DNA of 62,887 nt. It comes from a virus. Lineage: Duplodnaviria; Caudoviricetes. The notes under the pieces are model-generated. The model made no database searches, was not told the DNA's origin, and was given only the letters and a program-made list of their open reading frames with translations. A program made the position numbers and the translations under genes. Below, piece by piece: positions 40,602 through 49,167 of this stretch; positions within the stretch are counted from its first letter, which is position 1; every line of letters starts with the position of its first letter. The stretch covers positions 1-62,887 of IMG/VR virus record IMGVR_UViG_3300032006_002789. The stretch is one strand, 5' to 3'.

Positions 40602-40662
40602 TTCTCTTTTTGTTTAAACTGTTGTAATTATTTAAAAATCCCAATCTTTTAAGGAAAATATT

Positions 40663-42702
40663 ATGGCAACTGCAAGAGCAAGAGTAATTTATCAAAGCGA
40701 AGCTTTGTACGTCGGGCAAAACGACGCGACGGGGTATCATTTTAGTGTGGGGGCCCCAGGCTGTCCACAAAGTAAGCGTACAGGAATCTTTCAAGAACCT
40801 AAAACAAAAAACGATTTAGGAGTTTTTGGCTACAAGGAAGACTCAAACAGTAGCGTTGCGGGCACGCTAGGTGGAGGCACAGAGCTGACAGACCTGGAGT
40901 TTCATACGGGAATCTCTCAGCTTCGAAGGGTACAGAACGCAAATTACAGCTTTACCGTAAACCGTCAAGACGTTAATCAATTTGGTCAGCTAGCTCGCAT
41001 TGATGCAGTAGCAATTGACCCTCCTACAGTTTCCTTGGATTTTTCTTATTACCTAACAAATGGGGTCAATGAAACACTACTTGGCTTTAATGTTGAATCG
41101 GAAGCCAAAGATAAGGCGGGGACCGCGAAAAGCGCACTCAACACAAGGTTTCTAGAAGAAGGGAACCCTGATGGCAGAAATTATTTTATCTTAACAACCC
41201 CTCAAGGATCAGATGCAGTAGGTAATAATGACAACGAAACAGCGCATTCTGTTATTGCTCTTGGTAATGGATATGTTTCAAGTTATGGTTGCGAAGCCTC
41301 TGTTGGAGGTATGCCCACGGCTAATGTAACTGTTGAGGGTTTAAACCTTCGCTCTTATAATGGCTCAAAGGATTTGCCAGTTCCATCGGTTAATACAAAT
41401 TATGGAACACCGATTACTGGAGTTGAATTTACGATTCCTCCCGCGATTAGTGGAGTATTGAATGATAGCGCTCCCCCACTTACTTCTCAAGATACTATTG
41501 TCTCTTCGGCAGGAACATCTGCAGTTAACGGCACTTATAAGTATTATGCGAGTAGTGATGCATGGGAATTGGGGCCAAAAGAATCGCTTACCATTACAAT
41601 TAGTAACGTTGAAAACGGTGCGGATGTTGTAGAAGTAATGGTTGGCGCTCCAGTAAATAACGCTTCGGCCTCTACAAATCCTGCAGATGACAATACTGCC
41701 GCTTCGGAAATTGCCGCCGCAATTAATGGAGAAGGGGCATTGCCTGCAGGTGTTTCGGCAACTGCGTCGGACAATGTCGTTACTTTAGTTGGAGGCAGAG
41801 GAGACTTGCCAGCTATAACAGTTGGCGCGGGACAGTCTGATGCAAATGGAGGCGACCTTTCAACTGTAATTTCTTCGACAACAGACAGTCGAGACTATGC
41901 AGTTTGGCTGGCAGCCAGTGATCATTCTCTATATGAAGCAGGAAAGCATGCGGATTACGCAGGCAAATACATCTTGACCGACTCAGCTAATTCTTTGGTT
42001 TATTCCGCAAACAAAAACGGAGTAGTAGGTTTGGCGGAGAGCTCTGCAGAACCTTATGGAAATTCTGACTACTGGACTGCGGTTGGCGGTTCTGGTAGCG
42101 ATCCAACACCATCTGTACTCAACGACTCTCAGATTGGTCTTGAGAAAGAAGGTTGGTCATGCCTACGACCAGGAGACATCACTCTGAAGCTTGGAACGAA
42201 TGGGCGAGCCTCCCTAATGGAAAGGCTTCCTTCCGCAGATCCAATTGCGGATTACAACGCAGGCTCCTGTCATATTCAAAATTTCTCCATCGATCTCCCT
42301 GTAGGTCGGACACCTCTACAAAGACTTGGAACTCCTTATGGATATACTCGGGTTATTGACTTTCCTGTAACAATTACAGTTAGTTGTTCCGCGATCCTTG
42401 CGGACCTTAAGGACGGAAATGTTGCCGATCTACTTTTCGAATACGAAAATCACGACCTAGAGTTCACCTTGCGAGAGCCTCACCCCTATGGAATAGGCGA
42501 TATCGCAATGAAGTATATTGTAAAAGGGGCGCAGCTAGAATCAGAATCATTTAGCTCCTCTATTGGAGACAATAAAACGGTTGATCTAACTTGGACCGCT
42601 CAAGTTGGTGGGCCAGAAGATAAGCAACGCGGGATTCAAATCGTAGGATCTCGTAACGCTCTTACCATTGAAGATGGATTTGCTTTGCCAGAAATAACCT
42701 AA
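40663..42702 (+). CDS. Major tail (tube) protein with two tandem tube-like halves and inserted decoration domains
   Basis: RVQNANYSFTVNRQDVNQFGQ and IQNFSIDLPVGRTPLQRLG repeats; synteny after neck genes; followed by a strong terminator. Confidence 0.75.
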   Translation: MATARARVIYQSEALYVGQNDATGYHFSVGAPGCPQSKRTGIFQEPKTKNDLGVFGYKEDSNSSVAGTLGGGTELTDLEFHTGISQLRRVQNANYSFTVNRQDVNQFGQLARIDAVAIDPPTVSLDFSYYLTNGVNETLLGFNVESEAKDKAGTAKSALNTRFLEEGNPDGRNYFILTTPQGSDAVGNNDNETAHSVIALGNGYVSSYGCEASVGGMPTANVTVEGLNLRSYNGSKDLPVPSVNTNYGTPITGVEFTIPPAISGVLNDSAPPLTSQDTIVSSAGTSAVNGTYKYYASSDAWELGPKESLTITISNVENGADVVEVMVGAPVNNASASTNPADDNTAASEIAAAINGEGALPAGVSATASDNVVTLVGGRGDLPAITVGAGQSDANGGDLSTVISSTTDSRDYAVWLAASDHSLYEAGKHADYAGKYILTDSANSLVYSANKNGVVGLAESSAEPYGNSDYWTAVGGSGSDPTPSVLNDSQIGLEKEGWSCLRPGDITLKLGTNGRASLMERLPSADPIADYNAGSCHIQNFSIDLPVGRTPLQRLGTPYGYTRVIDFPVTITVSCSAILADLKDGNVADLLFEYENHDLEFTLREPHPYGIGDIAMKYIVKGAQLESESFSSSIGDNKTVDLTWTAQVGGPEDKQRGIQIVGSRNALTIEDGFALPEIT

Positions 42703-42720
42703 AGTTTAAGAAGACAAGGC

Positions 42721-42758
42721 AATAAAAACCCGCTCTTTAATTAGGGCGGGTTTTTTAT
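42721..42758. terminator. Bidirectional rho-independent terminator
   Basis: AAAAACCCGCTCT-TTAATT-AGGGCGGGTTTTTT hairpin with A- and T-tracts, between convergent genes. Confidence 0.9.
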
Positions 42759-44612
42759 TTAATCTATTAGATTTATTTCAATAACCTTAAGGTGGACTTG
42801 TGAACCATTATAAGGGCTAGTCCATGAGCTATCCTGCGAAATGTAAGGGGAATTATTTTGAGCAAAATGAAAGAAATCATTAGTACAATAATCAGGCCAC
42901 CATTGATCGCCAGGCTGACAAGGAGTTAATGCTGAAGAATTTTCAACAAATGCGCTCCAATTGGCATTGGCAATTGAATTAGGCCTACCTTCGAGTCGCC
43001 ATCCGATACCTTCGCCTCTATAATATATTCGCGCGGCAATTTTGTGATCAGGGTGAGGATCTCCATCATACCAAGGTTGCCCCATGTTTCTGCGAGCTTC
43101 AAATCGATGACCATTATACTGAACTATATCGCCTGGAGCATATGGAGCGTTAGCCTCCCATGGCAAGTCTTCGGGTTGCGGGTTAATTGAATTACTTGTA
43201 GTGGTGTCTGTCCACCAGTAGTCTCCGCCAATAGGCGGTTCCGCGTTCCAGATCTCCTTCTTATTGGGCGGTGGATTTTGAAGTTCGTAATAAGAGCTAT
43301 CTATTAATTTATAAGTACCAAACAAGCTAGTATCGTAAACCCAACTATTTGGCCAACGACCCCAGTCAGGAACTTCGGCCTCTAATTTTATTTCGTCATA
43401 AAGAAATACAGGAGGAACTTTATCTTTATAAACAAACGACATTCCAGTCACAGGAGTAACCTCAAAAACAAAGTTCGTACTCACTGTTGCGGAATCTCCT
43501 ATACTGGCAGAAAAATTCTCAGACTTTAATTTAGCATGATCAATTTGCATAGATGCAATGTCAAATGATTCCCATACAGCAGAAGACGCATACATATTTC
43601 CTGTAGTAGAGGGGTCTCTAGCTAAATGAGTGAGCTTAACTGTATAATCAGAATCATGACTAAAAACATTCTCAAGTTTTGTGTCAGTATTAAACTCCCT
43701 TAATATATATTCCAAAGAAAGGCTCCCAACAACAGGATATTTTATTTTTCTATCAAAGACATAGCTATTACCAAGTCCTTGAACGTCGGAGCGGGCGAAA
43801 TCAAGAGTGATATTTGCACTCTGAATTGCAACATCATCACTGTCAAGAACCAGAGTACTAAAGCCTTGAGGATCGTTTTTAATAACGTCCACCTTGATTT
43901 CCCCAGGCTTTATGACACTAACCTCATTAAGCTCTTTAAACCCTGCATCTTTAAACTTTATCCCCGAGACGGGGTTTGGAGAAAAGAAAGAGCTCTTCAT
44001 CTCGTTTGTGTTTTGAGGGTTAACGCTAGGAAATTGGATTGCAGAATGCCCATCGTATATATCAAAGCTTGCATTACTACATTTGTAAGAAAGCTGACAT
44101 TCTGGAAATTGACCAACCGCAGCGTTATAGGAGTATTGCGTCAAGTAAGCATTACCAAAGCCCAGGACATCAAATCCAGATAAGTTTACCCCGCTTTCAA
44201 TAATATCCTCTCGAGAAGATGCCTTCGAACCAAGTATAATAATATTAATATCGTCTTTATATCCAGGAGTTTTTTTTGCATTATAATCAGCTTGAAGCAT
44301 CTGACCAACTGGAGAGAATCCTATAGCCTCTTCGTTTTCTCCGCTTGAAAAAAAATATTTTATATTTAAATCTACAGTAGGTTGAGTGACAGAGGGCAAC
44401 CTTTTTATGCCGTTCGAGTCGGGAGCAGACTTCACAAATTCGTACGAATTCATTTGCTTGATCGTCTTTTTATTTACGTCAAATCCATAGTCTATGGATT
44501 GAATTCTTTTAATGGGAGTCAAGCTTCCAGCGTTAGCATTAGAGGCTGGCGCGTCACTAACAAGCGCAGCCATTCTTTCATACGTTAATCTTGCTCTCTT
44601 GCCTTGTCCCAT
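42759..44612 (-). CDS. Paralogue of the major tail protein with C-terminal Trp-rich/CBM5-12-like extension
   Basis: RARLTYE/RIQSIDYGF/PTVDLNIKY/GFGNAYLTQYSYNAAVGQFP align with the MTP (RARVIYQ/RVQNANYSF/PTVSLDFSY/LGNGYVSSYGCEASVGGMP); tail PWEANAPYAPGDIVQYNG. Confidence 0.75.
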   Translation of the reverse strand: MGQGKRARLTYERMAALVSDAPASNANAGSLTPIKRIQSIDYGFDVNKKTIKQMNSYEFVKSAPDSNGIKRLPSVTQPTVDLNIKYFFSSGENEEAIGFSPVGQMLQADYNAKKTPGYKDDINIIILGSKASSREDIIESGVNLSGFDVLGFGNAYLTQYSYNAAVGQFPECQLSYKCSNASFDIYDGHSAIQFPSVNPQNTNEMKSSFFSPNPVSGIKFKDAGFKELNEVSVIKPGEIKVDVIKNDPQGFSTLVLDSDDVAIQSANITLDFARSDVQGLGNSYVFDRKIKYPVVGSLSLEYILREFNTDTKLENVFSHDSDYTVKLTHLARDPSTTGNMYASSAVWESFDIASMQIDHAKLKSENFSASIGDSATVSTNFVFEVTPVTGMSFVYKDKVPPVFLYDEIKLEAEVPDWGRWPNSWVYDTSLFGTYKLIDSSYYELQNPPPNKKEIWNAEPPIGGDYWWTDTTTSNSINPQPEDLPWEANAPYAPGDIVQYNGHRFEARRNMGQPWYDGDPHPDHKIAARIYYRGEGIGWRLEGRPNSIANANWSAFVENSSALTPCQPGDQWWPDYCTNDFFHFAQNNSPYISQDSSWTSPYNGSQVHLKVIEINLID

Positions 44613-44697
44613 GTATCTTCTTTACACTTTTAAAGTTTTTTATATAGTCTTTTTTTTATTGGTGTATTATATAAAAGGTGTAGTGCCCTTTTTAGTC
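44613..44697. promoter_or_regulatory. Divergent GTGTA promoter-like motifs
   Basis: TACAC at 44623-44627 (10 nt before the minus-strand ATG) and GTGTA at 44662 and 44678 on the plus strand. Confidence 0.6.
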
Positions 44698-45906
44698 ATG
44701 GCAAATAGCAGAATTTCAGACCTTAATAAGATTTTATCCTTAGACCCCTCTAATGACGTACAAGGAAGTGGAATGTTTCTTGTTGCGAATAAAAAAGTTG
44801 GATGCGAACATATTGAATATAGAGATCTAAAGAAAACGATTACAGATCATACTGTTTTTACCACAGGAGATCAGCTTAACATCATGGGAAACAAGACCTT
44901 CAAGGGAACTGTAACCTTTGAGGGAGGGCATACAGATGGCTCAACGGGACCGCTTTCGGATTTGGCAAACGATTTGTTTTCAACGGGCCAGCTCTTAACC
45001 AACGCCCTTACAGCCCTAGATTTAGATCATGACGCAGATTCAATTAAAACTAATTTATTCAATACTGGACAACTACTTTATAATAAGGCAGTTTCGAATA
45101 GCGCCTTTGAGGTAAGCCTATTTGCCACAGGCCAAAGCTTAAACCAGAAGATACTATCTGAAACACAAGCTCGGGTTGCGGCAAACAACGCCGCTGCGAT
45201 CAGTTTATTTAATACAGGACAACTACTTGCTTCTCGCCATGAGGTAGATACGCTAACTGCGGAGACTGCAATAAAATCACCCTTAATATCAGGAACAATC
45301 ATAGAAGCTTCGGCGAGCGAGCTTTCTATCACTGGAAAAGAGGTTAATATTTCTGGTGCTGATAAATTTTCGATATCGGAATTTAACAGCGTTACGGTAA
45401 ATAGTTCAGAAGACCTAAATACTTCGAGCAGCATCATTAATAATACCGCAACGACGAATTATAACATATCTTCCCCTGTTGTTACAATAGGAGAAGATGT
45501 TTTTATTAAAGGAGATTTATTTGTTTCAGGAGAAACTGTAACTTTTGATGTAGGAACTTTGTCCATTGAGGATAAAACCATAGAACTTGCAGTTTCAACA
45601 ACTGGCGCTGACGGAACTGCAGCTACAGCGGAAACTAACGATGCGACGGCTGATGGAGCAGGCCTCATAGTAAAGTCATCCGAAGGAGATAAGACTTGGC
45701 TTTGGGAGAAAGATACATTAAGTTGGGAATCGAATCAAATCATTTCGGCAGAGGGAAGCTTGATCATTAAAAACCCTACCCTTCCACCTGTAGAATCGAA
45801 TGCGGCAGAAGGAGAAATTGGAGAGATGAGATGGGACGATAACTTTCTTTATATTAAAACCACGAACGGCTGGCGCAGAGCATTATTAATGGATTGGGGA
45901 GCATAA
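44698..45906 (+). CDS. Tail fibre-like protein
   Basis: MANSRISDL start (ATG 44698 preferred to 44512), TTGDQ..MGNKTF, LF[ASN]TGQ.L repeats, IEDKTIEL...ADGAGL domain, C-terminal GEIGEMRWDDNFLYI...WRR typical of phage fibres. Confidence 0.8.
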   Translation: MANSRISDLNKILSLDPSNDVQGSGMFLVANKKVGCEHIEYRDLKKTITDHTVFTTGDQLNIMGNKTFKGTVTFEGGHTDGSTGPLSDLANDLFSTGQLLTNALTALDLDHDADSIKTNLFNTGQLLYNKAVSNSAFEVSLFATGQSLNQKILSETQARVAANNAAAISLFNTGQLLASRHEVDTLTAETAIKSPLISGTIIEASASELSITGKEVNISGADKFSISEFNSVTVNSSEDLNTSSSIINNTATTNYNISSPVVTIGEDVFIKGDLFVSGETVTFDVGTLSIEDKTIELAVSTTGADGTAATAETNDATADGAGLIVKSSEGDKTWLWEKDTLSWESNQIISAEGSLIIKNPTLPPVESNAAEGEIGEMRWDDNFLYIKTTNGWRRALLMDWGA

Positions 45907-45907
45907 T

Positions 45908-48454
45908 ATGGCAAACAAAAAAATATTTTTATCAAAAGACGCGAGTACCTACGATCCAGCAGAAGCAATATTTGGATTTCAGAGCGCTCCCATCAACGAG
46001 TCAACAGTAACCATTATTTCTGCATGCAATAATATATCAGTTACATATATGGCGATTAGCGATGGAGGGTCCCTTGTGTCAACGGACCCCTATGTTGTAA
46101 AGTTTCATAATGGATCAAGCGAAAGCGGCGATGAAGCAGAGGCTGCAAAAGCAGGAGCAAACTTTATGAATGCGATCTTAAGCGGGCCACATGGCCCGCC
46201 GAATGGCGCAGGGCCTCATTACGATTCTTTTATAGTAACTTCAGAGGTTATAAACAAAGGAATTATAGTAGGAAATATTACAGCGGTTAAATTAGTCCAA
46301 AAAAAAGCGGGAGAAGCAGGAAATACGGCTATAGCCTACACGAATGGCTTTCATTTTAATCTCCACGACGACCATAAGCCGTGGGAATTTGTTAGTGGAT
46401 TTGATCACTTAAATCATCGCGGACCAAGAACAAATCCAAATGATTGTCTACCCGAGGCGGCCCAAGCCGAGTGGCCTATGTCCATGAGCTCGGAAGGAGA
46501 TATCCTCTTTTCATTCAAGGCTGGCGGAATAGACCCTACAACAAGTGGGGATTTTGCAACAAAGCATTATGTAGATACTAATGATGACACAATTAAGGTC
46601 AGCCTATTTGCAACGGGGCAACTATTAAATAACCTTATAGAGCAAGAGGGTGCTGATTGGCGAGGGAGCGACAATCACCTCAACGACGTTAAGGCAGACA
46701 AGGTCAGCCTATTCGCAACGGGACAACTTCTCAATCAGTCAATCGTAAGTGAAGCGGCAACTCGCGCCGCCAACGACACGACCCTCATGAATACCAAAGC
46801 GGATAAGGTTAGTTTATTTGCGACAGGGGTAACACTAGCGAACAGCATCAGAAATGAGATGGTGACGAGGGCGTCCGAGGATATAATTTGGAACAATACC
46901 ATACAAGCAAGCCTTTTCGCAACAGGCCAACTCCTGACGAGCACTAAGGCAGACAAGGTCAGCCTGTTCGCAACGGGGCAAACGCTCAATACTAGAGTAA
47001 ATCAAACCAGCATGCAACTTGCCACGATTACGTCTTGGTTAATAGATACGGGGCAAAAATGCTCCATGCAAGCGGAAGAATGTATGGTATCCATTGGGAA
47101 TACAAATACCAATTTAGCTACAACAGGAGAGACAATCTATAACATTTTCCTTAGTGAAGCTGCGACTCGCGCCAGTCAAGATGCGACAATCATGGATCTC
47201 TTTGGAGACGTCTCTTCGGACCTTGAGGATACCAAGGTTAGTTTATTTACTACGGGTCAATTAATGGCCAATAACCTAGCTACGACAGGAGAGACAATCT
47301 ATAACATTTTCCTTAGTGAAGCTGCGACCCGAGCTAGTCAAGATGCGACAATCATGGATCTCTTTGGAGATGTCTCTTCAGACCTTGAGGATACCAAGGT
47401 TAGTTTGTTTGCTACGGGTCAGTTAATGTCTACTGTTACTGCAGTTAGCCTATTTGCAACGGGTCAAGAACTGTACGGATCTATCGTAAATGAAGCGGCA
47501 ACTCGCGCTGCCAACGATGCAACCCTAATGAATACTAAGGCAGACAAGGTCAGCCTATTCGCAACGGGACAAGGCCTCAATCAGTCAATCGTAAGTGAAG
47601 CGGCAACTCGCGCTGCCAACGATGCAACCCTAATGAATACTAAGGCAGACAAGGTCAGCCTATTCGCAACGGGACAAGGCCTCAATCAGTCAATCGTAAG
47701 TGAAGCGGCAACTCGTGCCGCTTACGATGCGACCTTAAGTAATGACGTTATTGAACTGCAGGCTGCCTCTGGATACTATACAAGTCAACACGTAATGACT
47801 TTCGGAGACCAGTCTATAACTGGCCAGAAAAGCTTTGTGGAAGGGGTGGACATGGGGTATCCCCTAAACGTTAAGTTGGGCTCCGCCCTTCATGTTGACG
47901 CAATCAATATAATTGAAACAGCAGACAATCGATTTACTATTGGAGCAGACTATATTGGGGATCAGGACAAAAATAGATTATACATATCCTCTAGGGGCAC
48001 AAATTGGGGAGCAAGAACCCCGCCAGAAGTTGCAGAAAACATTTTATCGATTCAGGCAAACGGCAACGTAGGTATAGGGGTTGCTCGCCCCGTTTATAAA
48101 CTTCAAGTGAATGGACCAGTACACGGAATCGGTTTTGTCAATATGTCGGACGAGAGATATAAGAAAAATATTAATATAATAGATAGCGCATTAGATAAGG
48201 TTACTTCAATAGAAGGGGTAACCTTTAAGTGGGATGCAGACTCCTATCCCTATAATGCACCAGAAGGGGTTCAGTTGGGACTAATAGCTCAACAAGTAGA
48301 AAATTCAGTTCCAGATGTAGTAATTACAGATGAAAATGGAGACAAATCAATTTGTTACGACAGACTAATACCTCTATTAGTCGAAGCAGTGAAAGAACAA
48401 CAGCAAACAATAGAGGACCTCAAGATCGAGGTTGAAGATCTAAAAAATAAGTAA
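45908..48454 (+). CDS. Tail fibre protein with C-terminal intramolecular chaperone (peptidase S74)
   Basis: ATKHYVD motif, many VSLFATGQ repeats, GNVGIG, SDERYKKNI...GLIAQQV...LIPLLVEAVKEQQ. Confidence 0.92.
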   Translation: MANKKIFLSKDASTYDPAEAIFGFQSAPINESTVTIISACNNISVTYMAISDGGSLVSTDPYVVKFHNGSSESGDEAEAAKAGANFMNAILSGPHGPPNGAGPHYDSFIVTSEVINKGIIVGNITAVKLVQKKAGEAGNTAIAYTNGFHFNLHDDHKPWEFVSGFDHLNHRGPRTNPNDCLPEAAQAEWPMSMSSEGDILFSFKAGGIDPTTSGDFATKHYVDTNDDTIKVSLFATGQLLNNLIEQEGADWRGSDNHLNDVKADKVSLFATGQLLNQSIVSEAATRAANDTTLMNTKADKVSLFATGVTLANSIRNEMVTRASEDIIWNNTIQASLFATGQLLTSTKADKVSLFATGQTLNTRVNQTSMQLATITSWLIDTGQKCSMQAEECMVSIGNTNTNLATTGETIYNIFLSEAATRASQDATIMDLFGDVSSDLEDTKVSLFTTGQLMANNLATTGETIYNIFLSEAATRASQDATIMDLFGDVSSDLEDTKVSLFATGQLMSTVTAVSLFATGQELYGSIVNEAATRAANDATLMNTKADKVSLFATGQGLNQSIVSEAATRAANDATLMNTKADKVSLFATGQGLNQSIVSEAATRAAYDATLSNDVIELQAASGYYTSQHVMTFGDQSITGQKSFVEGVDMGYPLNVKLGSALHVDAINIIETADNRFTIGADYIGDQDKNRLYISSRGTNWGARTPPEVAENILSIQANGNVGIGVARPVYKLQVNGPVHGIGFVNMSDERYKKNINIIDSALDKVTSIEGVTFKWDADSYPYNAPEGVQLGLIAQQVENSVPDVVITDENGDKSICYDRLIPLLVEAVKEQQQTIEDLKIEVEDLKNK
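47115..47428 (+). repeat. Two near-identical direct repeats, 162-bp period (54 aa), in the fibre gene
   Basis: TAGCTAC.ACAGGAGAGACAATCTATAAC... starts at 47115 and 47277. Confidence 0.9.
47483..47722 (+). repeat. Tandem direct repeats, 105-bp period (35 aa), in the fibre gene
   Basis: ATCGTAA.TGAAGCGGCAACTCG at 47483, 47588 and 47693; a related copy starts near 46742. Confidence 0.9.
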
Positions 48455-48461
48455 TTTAGAC

Positions 48462-48490
48462 TTGACTTTCTTCTCCCCGTAATGTATTAT
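48462..48490 (+). promoter_or_regulatory. Sigma70-type promoter
   Basis: TTGACT-17 nt-TATTAT; ATG 48497 follows after 6 nt. Confidence 0.75.
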
Positions 48491-48496
48491 AGGGGA

Positions 48497-49036
48497 ATGA
48501 AAAATTTGTTGGAGAATACAAAAACCTACTTAGTTGGCCACATGCAATATGTTAGTGGTCGAGACTGGAGAGCAGAAGTTACGGAAAAGCTTAATCCTCT
48601 AGGGGTGACATGCTTTGATCCGTATAATAAACCTTTCATGAAAGATGTTGAAGAAGACGAGGGCACTCGTGAGGAGATGGAGGTCTGGATGAGAACAAAA
48701 CAATATGACAGGGTGACAGAAAGAATGAAGACGGTTCGATCTTATGATTTGAATCTTGTTGACCGCTCAGATTTTATTGTAGCTCATCTAGTTCCAGATG
48801 TTGCTTCTTGGGGTTCCGCAGAAGAGATCGTGACAGCAGTAAGAATGAAGAAGCCAATTTTTGTTAGCATGGAAGGAGGGAAATCAAAAACCCCCCTTTG
48901 GATGTTGGGCATGTTTCCACATAAATATATATACAATAACCTGGACGAGATAGTGGAAATGCTTTATGCCATAGACAATGGAGACAAGCAGATTGACTCG
49001 GACAGATGGAGACTACTAAGAAAGGAGTTCAGATGA
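48497..49036 (+). CDS. Nucleoside 2-deoxyribosyltransferase / N-glycosidase (NDT-like) family protein
   Basis: TYLVGHM...DWR...FDPY...DLNLVDRSDFIV...WGSAEEI pattern; ATG 48497 preferred because 48482 lies inside the promoter. Confidence 0.75.
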   Translation: MKNLLENTKTYLVGHMQYVSGRDWRAEVTEKLNPLGVTCFDPYNKPFMKDVEEDEGTREEMEVWMRTKQYDRVTERMKTVRSYDLNLVDRSDFIVAHLVPDVASWGSAEEIVTAVRMKKPIFVSMEGGKSKTPLWMLGMFPHKYIYNNLDEIVEMLYAIDNGDKQIDSDRWRLLRKEFR

Positions 49037-49167
49037 TAGAAATATTAGCAGCGCCAGACAAAAGTTACATGGAATTTTTTCCAGGAGATTGGATTGTATT
49101 TGGATTATTAATATCGATTGTATGGGCAATTAAACATGGTTGCGGTTATACTGATGACAATCAATGA
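49033..49167 (+). CDS. Small membrane protein (44 aa), not in the ORF track
   Basis: MIEILAAPDKSYMEFFPGDWIVFGLLISIVWAIKHGCGYTDDNQ; ATGA overlaps at both ends, AGGAG upstream. Confidence 0.7.
   Translation: MIEILAAPDKSYMEFFPGDWIVFGLLISIVWAIKHGCGYTDDNQ

Noticed and set aside
40663-44612. Contractile tail sheath
   Set aside because: No sheath or baseplate wedge motifs; the lambda-like M/L/K/I/J set indicates a non-contractile tail
44512-44697. N-terminal extension of the fibre-like ORF given in the track
   Set aside because: It overlaps the opposite-strand gene and the AT-rich promoter gap; MANSRISDL at 44698 is the plausible start
46590-47730. Repeats as a CRISPR array or DGR template/variable repeat pair
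   Set aside because: Repeats are in frame, coding and lack unique spacers; differences are not adenine-specific; no cas or reverse transcriptase gene in the window
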